Source: Klebsormidium nitens
Lineage: Eukaryota > Plantae > Klebsormidiophyceae
Assembly: GCA_000708835.1 (NCBI GenBank)
Contig: DF237111.1
Coordinates: 100,576 to 164,575, forward strand
DNA length: 64,000 nt
Direction of reading: 5' to 3'
How positions within the stretch are numbered: position 1 is the first letter of the stretch; every line of letters begins with the position of its first letter. This document shows positions 11,801-23,500 of this stretch, piece after piece. The notes beneath the pieces are model-generated. The model was not told the origin of the DNA and searched no databases. It saw only the letters and a list, made by a program, of their open reading frames with translations. Made by a program: the position numbers and the translations under genes.

Positions 11801-14800
11801 TGCCTTGACCCGGCGATATTGAGAGGTTTCACTAGACCCACTAAGTCGATGGTACTGCTTTCAAAATGGTCCCTTGCCCAGTTGCTGACACGCAGAGGAG
11901 TAGACCTGTGCACGAAAACGCCACGGAAGACGCACGTGTCGTATTAATGCAGATTTGCCCTCTCAAGTTCGAACACGTGATTGTCCGGGTCTGCTAAAGC
12001 GCTACGAAGTGAGGTTATGAGCTTATGACCCACTGTATCTTGCAGACGTTTCTCGTTGGCCAAACATCTTTTTGGTGTTAGTGTTGCCCAATCGGCAAAT
12101 ATCCTAAGTTTGTCAAAGTACTGTAAATGTTCAGAACCTGCTCAGCTGGAGGGTTATAAGAAGCGGCTTGTTCGCATCTGCAGAGGCCGACAACGCGACG
12201 GAGAAGAACACGATTGTGTTCCGGCTGAAGAAGCGGTGCTGGGAGGAGGGGCCGAAAGGAGCGGAGACGAGAGTCAACGAGAAAGGTAAGCCAATCGCGA
12301 AGTCGGTTTCCAGCCTCCGTTTTCTTGAGCGTCTCCCGCGAAATCTTGTCATAGGCGAACGTTATTTTGGGGATAAGGTACGCGCGCAAAGTAGCCATGT
12401 CAGCATTTGCATGACGGCTTATATGGAAACCGGAGCAGTCACGTCGTGTCACTGCGCGTCGCGACTCTCACTGTGGAGATTTTATTCCAGCGTTGCGTTA
12501 GTCCTCGTCAAGAGGAGTTCTTAGAATGAACTTTGTACTTTCGAGCAAGACTCTTCTGCTCGTTTGTCTCTGGGAAACACAGTTCCGCTAAGGGTTTGAC
12601 TGCCTCAATTTCGCTCTGTCCCGTCGAAGCTTCTTCTAATTGCGCTCAATCATTCGCACCAAAGCATCGCTTCATCTCCTGCTTTTACTGACCCCCCCAC
12701 AAACCACTGCAAAATTGTATCATACCATTCATCTCTGCCCACTCCCCACAATCTCCTCCAGTCCTCTTTCAGATTTGCTCACCTTCCTCCCCCCCCTTTT
12801 CCCGCAGTCTACTCGAGCGACCTGGACTGGCTCCTCCTTACCAGCGAGCGTCACTGGCTCTTCTGCTAGATCTAATTTCTATTAGGATCCCCCCCCTGGC
12901 GCTGATTCTGAATCTATTTTCCCCCTCTCCTCTCGCAGTGTACTCGAGCGACCTGGAGTGGGGCAGCGAGCTCCCTCGCACTCGCACCTTGTTTCGTTAC
13001 GCCCGCCCCCCAATCCGAAGTGTGTTTTCTTACTCAAACCCCAGCCCTCTTCCCGCAGTCTACTCGAGCGACCTGGAGTGGCTCCCCCTGGGCAGCGAGC
13101 TGCCCCGCACTTGCATTCTCGGTCATCTCTGTATCCCCAATCGAACACTCGCACTTTCGTTTTCCTTTTCAAAGCCTCGCTTACCCTCTCCCCCCCTCCC
13201 ATCACGCAGTCTACTCGAGCGACCTGGAGTGGCTCCCCCTGGGCAGCGAGCTCCCCCCCGACGAGGAGACCAAGTTCACAGCATTTAATGCACCGCAAAC
13301 CGCGCCGGGCGGCCAGCCCATCGCGCCGACGCATCCGGACATCGTCCTCGCGAAGCTGCGCAAGCGGCACGAAGTCGAACTAGAAGCGCACGCGGTGAAG
13401 GGCGTGGGGAAGGAGCACGCGAAATGGTCGCCGGTGGCGACGGCAGCTTATCGGCTACTGCCGGAGGTAGGTTGGGCATTCTATATGTTTTGTGGATCTT
13501 TTTCGTTCCTCGTTTCTTATTCCAGGTATCGATGTGAGGCTGCGCAAGCGGCACGAGATCGAATTGGAAGCGCAGGCGGTGAAGGGCGTGGGAAAAGAGC
13601 ACGCGAAGTGGTCGCCGGTCGCGACGGCGGTGTACCGATTACTGCCGGAGGTGGATTGGGCGTTTATATGTTTATCACTTTTTTGTGTTCGTTGTTTTTA
13701 ATGTGAAGCTGCGCAAGCGGCACGAGATTGAGCTGGAAGCGCATGCGGTGAAGGGCGAGGGGAAAGAGCACGCAAAGTGGTCGTCGGTCGGGGGGTGCGA
13801 GGATTACAAATTTCTGAATCCGATTCAAGAAGCATGAAGCGTACGGGTCCAAGTCTTGGAGGATCACTTTGTGTCTTCTGAGCTGTCATATTCTGCCTTC
13901 ATTCGTTGACAAGAAGCACGCGAATAGTCTTGGGTCGTGATCCGGTTGTTGTGCAAGGTGGGTTAGAGTCTCAATTGGTACCTTTCTGAGGGTTGAGGGA
14001 CCTTACCAATTTGGGCTTGCGCCTTTTGAATGATGAGGTCGGGCGTACTCAGGTTCCCTGACTTTTCCTGTTCTGAATTTGTGGACTCTGTTTCGGCCTT
14101 CATTCTGGCAAGTCACGGCTCTCCATTCGCAGTTTGACAGCATTCTGATAGTTAATGGGACCAGGGCCAAGGCGGGTTAAGTGTTGCGACTGGACGTCCA
14201 TGTTTGGAAAGTATTACTCGCGCTCGTTTCTGCCTCTCCCGGTTGGAAGACTCTGATTGAAGACTTCTTACCTCTTCCAGGTGATACTCAAGGAGGACAT
14301 CAGGGGCGACGAAGCGGACGAGCTCGTCAGAAAGTGCCCGGTACACGTGTTCGACATCGAAGATCTGGGGCCAGGTGAGGGGGAGTGCCCTGCAGGAGGA
14401 ATCGAATATTTTGCTGCCGTCTCTCAGACGCATGGTTGGGTCTTGCGGTCATGAGGATCGTCGCGCCACCGCCTGGACTGGTGGGATAGTTCTGCAGTCC
14501 AGGGTGGCTGCGGTTGCGCTGCGGTATAGGTATCGGTTCTGTTTCCTGTGTTAGCTGGGTTTGTACCGCCCGGATCGAACGGTACGTTTTGGGAGAACTA
14601 TATCGTTGTCTCACCTGTCTTCAGTCTCGTTATCTTGGAACGGATGAGAGCAGCACTCAGCGGACAAGCAAAGGAAGACTGTGCGGACGTTTGCAAAGGT
14701 TACATTTGACACCACAGGAGGAGATTTTAGACGGATGCTTTCGAGACGCTCCTGTGAAGCATGTCGGTTGTTGCCTGCGTGAACCTTTCGTCAAGTAGTC

Positions 14801-15052
14801 CGCTCAATTTGGAAACGCGATTTCTCTGCAGACGGAAAGCGGGCTACGGTGGCGCGTCCTCGGGACTGCACCCTGTGTCGAGAGTGTATACGAGAAGAGG
14901 GGTGGGAGGAAAAGGTGGCGCTGCGGCGAGTCAAGGATCACTTCATCTTCTCGATCGAATCTACAGGAGCCTTGAGGCCCGAGGAATTGTTCACAGAGGC
15001 GATCAAGATTCTTACGGACAAGTGCGAAAAGGTGCTGGCGGATCTGTTTTGA
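8898..15052 (+). CDS. RPAC1: DNA-directed RNA polymerase I/III subunit RPAC1 (AC40/RPC40), 7 exons
   Basis: Exons 8898-9032, 10067-10249, 11457-11586, 12184-12285, 13210-13466, 14281-14374 and 14832-15052, with consistent phases. Motifs: [49 protein letters not shown]; [29 protein letters not shown]; [13 protein letters not shown]; [23 protein letters not shown]. Confidence 0.95.
10700..11456 (+). repeat. Tandem array of acceptor plus exon-3-start units in RPAC1 intron 2
   Basis: Copies of cag|gtgccgacgatggcgattgagaaggtgtt begin at 10745, 10907, 11118 (very degenerate) and 11287. Shared spacer motifs (actcga.ccc...gcactg.t.a...gagcgcttgacc) recur between them. Confidence 0.85.
11606..11736 (+). 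repeat. Degenerate minisatellite (tgtggtgacgttctcaaga-like) in RPAC1 intron 3
   Basis: About 5-6 imperfect gtgacgtt-containing units directly downstream of the exon 3 donor. Confidence 0.7.
12780..13209 (+). repeat. Three intronic copies of polypyrimidine tract, acceptor and exon-5 start of RPAC1
   Basis: cgcag|tctactcgagcgacctgga... begins at 12808, 12939 and 13059; the real exon begins at 13210. Confidence 0.92.
13526..13795 (+). repeat. Two intronic copies of the RPAC1 exon-5 3' half; the first retains a GT donor
   Basis: 13539-13650 encodes [37 protein letters not shown]|gtggat; about 13706-13795 encodes [28 protein letters not shown]. Confidence 0.92.
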
Positions 15053-16211
15053 GCGGATCTGAACCATACGTGTCTAGTAGAGTCTCTTATATCCCAACGA
15101 TTGGTACTGAGCCCGCGCTGCGGCTCAACCTAAATTGTATGGTGAGGTTTGCAAAGCTGCGCAAGCTCCATGGACGCATTCCGCGTGGTCAATTTCTCGG
15201 GTCACAAGACGGCAAGTCGATTCGCTTTCCCTCTAACCTATTTCAAGTTGGCGTGCACCCATAATCGCCTTAATTTGAAGTATGCAATGTGGACTGGATT
15301 CGTAATAACACGTGATGCATCTGGGCTGTGGGTGCTGTCACACGGAAAGTTCTTTTCGTGCGTTATAATGTTAGAATTCCCGACGAAGTGAAAGCTATCT
15401 TAATGATACTCTTACATATATACCAGTAGGATACTGCTTCCGCACGGAAACGATCTGCATGCGGTCCATACATGCCATGATGCACGTTTAACGATTTTCC
15501 GACACAAACAGCTAATATCATATATGATACCTTGCCGCCTTCACGCCAAGGTATTCAAGCCGGGGGTAAAGTCGGGTATACGTTGTTCTCCCACATCAAG
15601 CATAATCCGCGTGCATGTGCGGCAGACGGGAAGTTTATCTACGATCGACGTCTTGCAGTGCTTCAAGTTTCGATCGGCTTTACACAACGTGTGGAGCTCA
15701 CGCAAATGTTCTTTCTAGCTTTGGTGAATCTGCAGTAGCGCGTGCCAGATCGAGCAATATACTGCATGATCAATTCTAGCTAGAGACTCCAAAGTCACTC
15801 GCGAGAGAGAAGGCATACTAATGATGACAGGTTGACCTAGTGGACAGAGAACATGGCCGGCCTGAAGAATAACATGCATGTCAAAAGGATGCCATTATAA
15901 CATGGACATGAATATGAGAGTGGATGATTGGATATATTCATACAGGTACAATCCTGGACTTACTTTACGTTCCTAATCAATTCCGCGGTCAGGTTGTTCT
16001 CTGGGGACTGGAAGGCCACAATACGGTCTGAATGCGGCCCTTCAGTTACCTTATCATGCCATCGTCAAGACGTGTGGGCTTTCCTGTACAAGCACGGACA
16101 GCATTCTATCGACTATTTACAGTTCGCACGAAGAAATGCGAAGAACAGGAGCTATCACTACATGTCGTCCGAATTTTCCGACTTGTCTTCTCATTCGCTC
16201 TAGACTTAACC

Positions 16212-17584
16212 TCAATCTCTTTCTGAAGAGATAGTCTCTAGCCAGTGCTGCGCGAGAGGATACCCTTGATTGGCTGCCCTCCCAAGCCACTCCAGCGCGC
16301 TGTCGTCGTCTCTTTCCACCCCTCTGCCGTCGTGATAGCACATGCCCAAGATCCATTGCGCCTGGGAGTTGCCTTGGTCGGCAACCTCTCTGTATCACCG
16401 CGCAGCCATTTCGGAATCTCGGTCGACGCCTTTCCCGGTAGCGTAGGCCGAGGCAACGCCGAGCGCCGCTTATGCATGGCCATTTTCTGCACCCTTTCAG
16501 TGTACCACTTAAGTGAGCGAGCGTAATCCGGTTTCGCAGCCAACTTGAACAGCGACCCGAGGCTGCACTGCGCGTCTGAATGGTCTTGTTCCGCAGCCTT
16601 CGTGAGCCACTTCTCAGCACGTGCCAGATCGGTTTCCACGCCACTTCCGTGCAGATAGCACCAGCCCAGGTGGTTCTGACCGTCAGCATTGCCGCGTTCC
16701 GCGGCTTTCCTGAACCACCGAACCCCCGCTTCTTCGTCTTCAGCCACACCTTTTCCGTTGTAGTAGCACAGACCGATGTTGTACTCCGTTCTCGCTTCTA
16801 GTTTCAGGCTTTTCAGGGCTGGGAGGCTTTGCAGAACGGGAGCTAGCGACTGGGCGCCTTCGAAGCCAACTGGGTTGTTTGATAGGTCGAGGGCTGTTAG
16901 AGCTCGAAGCTGCCCAAGGCTTTGGACACTCAGGACTTTTTCTCGACCGTTCAGCTTGCTGCCCGACAAGTCCAAGCTCGTAAGCGAAGTGAGACTCTCA
17001 AGGCTAACCGGCAGCCACCACTTGTTCTCAGACATCCGAAGCTCTACCAACGAATGAAGTGTTCCGATTGCCTCATTCAATGGACATCGGGCGTCGTCGT
17101 AGAACGCGTTTCTGCAAAGGTCCACACTCTTGAGCCGTAGGAAGCCCTTCAAGCCTGTGAAAAATTCTGGGCCCAGCTTGCACGATGACAAACGTAGCTC
17201 AGTAAGTGTCTTCGAGTACATGGGGCCTGGGAGCCCTAAAGAGCCAATAGCGAGAGCGCGTACATCAAGGGTCTTCAGAGACGGCAGCTTCGAAATGCGC
17301 TTTCTCAGCAGAGGCACGTGCAACCATGCCACGTCTTTTAAGGTCAGGCTCTCCAAGTCCTCGCGTCCTTTCAGGAAGGCAACAAAAGAGTGCACTTTGT
17401 CCTTCTCCGCTGAGCGCGTCCGCCCCAGCCTCGATTCGAAGAACGCACAGTGCGTGTCGCGCGCAAGCTTTCTAAACTGCTTGGACACAAGGCTGACGCT
17501 GACGAAGTCCTGCCCAGATGACGCCACCACTCTCTGCAAGATGAGGAGCACGACCTCCTCCGGCAACGCCCGGAAATCCGCCAT
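16212..17584 (-). pseudogene. Intronless F-box + LRR + Sel1-like repeat gene disrupted by a frameshift and two premature stops
   Basis: F-box-like start (FRALPEEVVLLILQRV...VSLVSKQFRKLA), RNI-type LRRs and Sel1 repeats (YNIGLCYYNGKGVAED; QNHLGWCYLHGSGVETD). After a shift near 16497 the Sel1 pattern continues in another frame: KGAENGHA*AALGVASAYATGKGVDRDSEMAAR*YREVADQGNSQAQWILGMCYHDGRGVERD...WL. The stops are TAA at 16472-16470 and TGA at 16397-16395. Confidence 0.75.
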
Positions 17585-20500
17585 TTCTGTTGGGCGGTGG
17601 GCGCTAGGAAAATTGAACAAGTGCCGATTCACGAGACTTCAAGGAAACTGATCTCTGATTCGATCTTCGCCTCTTCGCTTCTGCTGCGTCGCGCCGTCGC
17701 AGCTAAGCAGGGGCTCGCTGTAGAGAATCATGTCTACCCAAAGGTCAGTTTCGAACGCATGATGATGCGAGTGGATTGCTCACATGCAGATTCTCAGAGT
17801 TTCAAGCCGTCGCCGTACGTCCGTGCGCGCGCAGGACCGGTTGTGCCTGCGCCATGCATCGATCATCATATCAGTGTACGAGGTCATGGGCGCCCAGTTG
17901 ATTTGTGACTAACCATGAGGCCGGGTCACCTCGCCGCAAACTTTTCTTTATGCAGACGGCTGATCTCCAGTGCACGTATTGAAGGCGCACTGTCAGTTTC
18001 TACCAGAGTCGAGCAATGACTTCGGGCATTTCTGGGAGTCAAAAAGCGTCCTTTGGTACTGTTATATTTGCGGGCTTGTTCGACTTGTACGCACTCACGA
18101 CGTACGCATCCATGCGCCGATGAAGTTTTCACGATCAGATTGGCTGTAGTATGTATATCAGCGATAGCGCTATCGAGCATGAAATAAGTATTGATATGTG
18201 GGAGTAATATAAGTGCCGGGATGTGTCGAGTCCGAAGTCCCTTTCTCATTTGGCCTCAGTCTGGTCAGAAGTATTGGGAACGGACATGTAGTCGTCGAGC
18301 CATTGAGTATGCGCTACTGACCCGAAGATGGATCGAGCTTTCACCTTCTGTTTTCAAATCTAGATAAGATCTAGATGAAGAGTCGCGGTGCATATAATAG
18401 AGAGAGCGGCGTGTGTTGAATTTCTTTGGCGTATTTGCATTGTGAACTTTGCTCAGTACCAATAGTAGGTAACTTGTTTGACAACGTATGAAAAAGACAG
18501 GAAGTATTAGATTGATCAAATCTTTGCTGGATCGAAGGAGCCTCTTCAGCTCCTCCTCAGCTACATGAAGGTACGTCAAAGAAAAGGCTCGACAAAACGA
18601 GATTGAATTAACGGGCAACGAGTCAACTTGGCTAGTGAGCGAGCCGTCCGGCTAGCTAGAATTGTTCCGTCCGATGTCGCAAGCCTTGTAGCAAAGCGGT
18701 AGCAAAGCTGCTTGCATGCATGAATCTGCTGAGGCGCTTCAACTTGTTAATAGTGATGGCGACCCGGCCAGCGGTCTTCCGGGTATGAGAGCCAGTTACG
18801 TACCCGGGCAGTCCTCAGAGCCCGGCGACTGGTAGCGACTTGAAGGATGAGCATTGAGGACTCCGAGTCGGAGTTGGGGCTCCGCCAGGGATTCCCATAG
18901 GCGGGCTTTAGTGGCGATCTCAGCCGGTTGGAGTGGAGGACCAGCCGGTGCCGAAGGCACCCTGCCGGCTCGCTTGCCGGCTTGCAGCCGGTAGAAACCA
19001 CACCCCACCGGCTGAATCTTATACCATATGTAACAAAGCCCCGCTATAAAATCATCATTTCCCCTCTGTTGATGTTCCAAACGGCCCAGAATGGCTCTGA
19101 GTCTAGGTATTTGTGCCTGAAATTGGTACGGAGCGCCAGAAAATGGCTTGAATATTGTCAAAGGCGATTTCTTCGGTACCGGCCGGCACAAATGGAAGGA
19201 TGCCGGCCGCCGGCTTGAAGGCTGTGAGGAAGTTCTGGCCGGTAGGAATCACCAAGTGCCGGCTCCGTGACTGGCTGCCAAAAAATCCATGGGAAACCCT
19301 GGGCTCCGCCCTTGGGGGCGTTCATCCCGACTGCATTGTATTACGGCCGCAATTCCGTACTTTCAGCTGCATTCACCAGCATTAAAATATCTGCCGTCGA
19401 GGGCGCTCTCAGCCACAAGTCTCACACGCGTATGCACAAGCCGTTTATCAAAGTCCATGCGTGTGGATTTTCTTCGAGCAATTGTAACGCTTGAATCCTT
19501 CAGGAGGAGCCATGAAGTCAAGTGGAAACGATGCACTGGCTTGGACACCTATGATTACTTTCACCGTTACACCGCGGCTAGCACATTTGTTTCTGGAAAC
19601 CTCCATATTCCGGAAATAGTGTTGTCGCCTTCATTCACGTTTGGACACGCGGTGTACTTGCAAGTAGGGCACCAGAATCTTTTTCTGCCCTGCGATTGGT
19701 CAGGAACTAAAGAGAGGATCCTGAAAACCAGTCAGATCCGCGCCCGAAAAAGTGTAACATGGTCATAAGCGGAGGGTTCGAACCTCTACTTATGGACCAT
19801 TTTCTGGATAGGCGAAGCTCCATTCGAGTCGCCCCGTACACTTGAGTGTGGTACGTACCCAGTGACTTGGTAACGCTGTGGGAGCGAAAAGGCGAGCGTT
19901 ACGTACGCGCTGTGCGGGAAGTCGGTGTAGCGAGGAAACTGGAACGCGACAAAGGTGCATGTTCTCAAGTTCGTTCCCTTTGTCCCATTCTGAATTTGTA
20001 CAGTCAGACTGCAGGCTGATCTTGTGACCAAGAAACTCGATGAGGGCGCTCTAGATCTGAGAAGAAGGGAAGCCGCCCAGGTATTCGCAGGAGGAAGGCG
20101 GCAAGGACAAAGCTGGCGCCCCGAAAAGGGTTTCACGGAAGCACACTACGAACCACCCTAAGCGTGCCGACCATTTTTGGCCTCAGGAAGAGCCGTTTGA
20201 GGATAGCAGGTGCTCAGAGCTTGGTGTTGTTTTGCACGGGTTCCGTGCATTGAAGTGAGTTTTGAGAGAGCTTTGACCTGTGCTGCACTTGCTAGAAGGG
20301 TTGATAAGCCCCTTGGTTGGTGAGGCAGGCTGAAGAGCTCGAGTTTCCAAGGTCTACTGTAAGGTTCCTTCCCTGGTTTGCAACCGACAATCTCTGCCCC
20401 CCTGACTGTTGGCCGCTTCTTAGATCTCAATAGACAGGGTAGAAAGACGCTTAGCAGGGGCACCAGTGTTGATGTTTCAAAGATTGTGAGGGGAAAGTTC

Positions 20501-23500
20501 ATGACAGAGCCAGTCATAACAACGACCCCAGAGCTGCCAGGGTCTACTTCGGCTGGAATGGGTATGCTGGCTACTGCAGAAGCAGACCCCAGCGACTATC
20601 TCAACAAGCTTGCCAAGCATCCAAGACTCTCCAGGTGAAGACCCAATGCGCCCCCATTCCTTTCTGCTCCTGAAGTACTGGCACGATGCGAACAAATATG
20701 TATGTCAGGTTGTGAGGACTAGGTACAAGCCTGTTTTGTACCGAGTTAAGGCAGTTGCTGGTTTGCATCCGCCTCATTGATGCAATGCTGATGGGAAATT
20801 TGTCTAGATCTGTTATTTAGCAAGCAATCTTATGGATTGACTCAACAGGTCAATGTTGTTCTAAGACCACTTAGCTGCCATTTCCTATTAATCCTATAAG
20901 ACCACTGATCTAACTACTACTGATTCTGGTGGTTGTACTGCATTAGTATCTTTGGGTTGAACACTTACTGACCAACCTTGAACTGGAAGTGGTTGTGATC
21001 CTGAAAAACCACTCATAGCATCAGAAGGAATCAGGTTCTCTGATCACCAGCCCGGTCCGAAGAGAAGATTGAGAAACGAGTTGAGGCACCCAAAAAGCGG
21101 TCAGAATCTACTTTTAGTTCTGCGTGAGTTCCTGCATGAGACCTCTGTATTGTGGTCTTCTTCTGAAGTCTAAACCTGGGAGAGCTGCAATATGCTTGTG
21201 GCACTTGGCAGTTTGTGCTTCACATTGGCTGGGTATTCACTGTGTTCAGTTTAAGACCTGATAATGACATCTAGACTAGATAGAATTTGCACTATTGTGC
21301 AAACCTTTTCCCAGTTGCACATGTCTGCAGCAATGAATGCAATGATTCATGCCTGTCTGCAACAAGATCTCTTGCAATGTTGTTTGCTGGCCATTGTCAG
21401 GAGACTTTGACTGTTCAAGGTTGCACTGCGGAACCTTCCTAAGGCAAGGGGGCTCCCTCATCGGTTGGCATTTGCTAACAGCATCCGAACAGCTGCAGTC
21501 TGGCTCTAACTGATGCAACATAATTCCTGCAGCTACATCGTTTTTGCTGTTGATGTAGGTCTTGCCGGCCAGTGTCACGGTTGAAAAATGCCGTCAGGAT
21601 CTGAATGCTAAGGGTTTCCTTCTCTTCATGAGTAGGGTGACATGCGCTAAGGGGTAGTGTATGATGGTCTTGCTGATACACTGGGTGTCTGCTGCAGGAT
21701 GCACGGTATTCCTGAAGGAGCGAACGGGGAGTTCCTCTACCGGAGTAAACAGCCCCGCCCCCTGGAAGATGGGAACTGGATGTGCGAAGATCCAGCCTGC
21801 AGGAATGTCAACTATCCCAGGCGGTCAGAGGTGGGAAACATGCTGATCCTCATGATGCATTGCTGCTGTCATTCCATGTTCAGAGTCTTGAGTTTGTTAA
21901 ACAGCTGCTCTAAGAGGTTCCAGGTGGTGGATAATTTGTTGCAGGTTGAGGAAAGAGGGACGGCATATCTGCTCGAGGAGGGGCATAAGTTGGTTGAAGT
22001 GTGCCAGGCAGGGGATAACCCCTGGCCTCACAGATGTTCCAACATGCACTATTCTAGATAGATATTCTTCTTTCTTGATTGCAGTGAGCTAGAACAGCAT
22101 TTTTTTCCATCTGCTCTGAAGTCTATAGCGCTCAGTACAATTAGAGTAGCCCCTTGACCACTATCTTCTTCCAGCCACATTGGAAATCGAGTCATGGGAC
22201 ATGCGCAAGGACGAGATTGAGTTGAGTTGCTGACAGAACCTAGTTTAGCTAAGCCTTTTGACGGTCCTTCTTCCACTGCAAGATCAAGCTCTTTTGGACT
22301 TAAGCTGTGCATAAGTCTCAAGACAGATATGTGAACTGAACTCTAGAGTGAGCCAGTTCATGCAGCGGTCATGTTCTCATACTCGATCTTTCCTGGTTGC
22401 AGTGCAACAAGTGCGGGAAGAAGCGGGGGTTGATAGGAGACACCATCGTGAAGAATTACGTGGAGTCCATCAAGCTGGCCCGGGGCGAGTCAGCACCTAG
22501 CGCCTTGCAACATGTATGTACCCGGGTTCTGTACTGGGGTTTGCTGGGACCTATTGAGTCACATTTTATGCTCTACTGGAATGAAGTTGCTGTTCTCCTT
22601 ATCCAATCTGCTCCTCATCACTGTAGTATTTGAGCTCTAGAGATGGTGAGGATAGCGCCAAAACACGATTTGCCTGAAGCAAAACTGCCAATTGGAGCAG
22701 GGAGTTCTTTACAAAGAAGACGTGCTGGCGACTCAGCTCTGATTGGTCTAGACGACCCATCGGGAATCTGTTTGTTCTGCTCCTACGAGACAAATGGATT
22801 CACCAGCTGCAGTTGTGCAGTCGGCTTTGCACATGTGTTAGTAGCAACTACCCGTCAAAATGTCATGCACCCTCATTTGACACGCGAGACCTTTTCAAAT
22901 CCCTTCCCCCTCCTTGGATCTAGATAGGTAAGTCCTCTTTCAAACCCGGTCAATTGTTTGCCCAATTTCAGGACACCATCTTAAGACTCGGAGATTGGAG
23001 AACGAATCCAAGATTCGAGAATAATCACTTTCGCAGGCTTCTCGACTGGCGAACATGTCGACCTACGAACGGGGGCCGTACTATCCGGACGTCATGGGGG
23101 CAGACCTGCGCTACTCGACTTCGGAACATGATGCGTGGTTGGCGGCGGCTAATGGTGGGGGACTCGACGCTCCGTACACTCCGCAGTATACCACCAACGG
23201 GGGGTCGCACAGTCGGAGGTCAGCCTTCACGTGAGCTGATCTCCGCTCGTTCCCCTTTTATCACGACTATTTGCAACATGGAGAGAGGCCGTTTTTAACC
23301 CTCAATTGACCGAGTTACCTCTGGACCGAGTTTTTAACCATCAGTGAATGTTGCCTATCTGCATGTCTTCCTGTTTGCTCGTTCCCAGTTTCCAGGAACC
23401 TGCCCGCACTAAGCCATGTAGCCAGCAAAAGGTTCCAATTTTTCCTTTGTACTCGTATTCCCAATTTTGGGCGTCTAGGAGGGTGCTCTAGGATCTCGTT

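Noticed and set aside
10700-13260. Repeat-spacer periodicity resembling a CRISPR array
   Set aside because: The repeats are copies of RPAC1 splice junctions in eukaryotic introns, the spacers are themselves related and long, and there are no cas genes.
15524-15738. Short overlapping ORFs downstream of RPAC1
   Set aside because: No homology recognised and no supporting splice sites.
19289-19768. 159-aa ORF and neighbouring ORFs at 18.7-19.5 kb
   Set aside because: No recognisable domain, no consistent splice structure and no exon-like codon bias.
19761-19798. GGTTCGAACC T-loop-like motif within an imperfect 38-bp hairpin (possible tRNA or SINE)
   Set aside because: No acceptor stem, D-arm or anticodon arm can be folded around it, so it is only an isolated palindrome.
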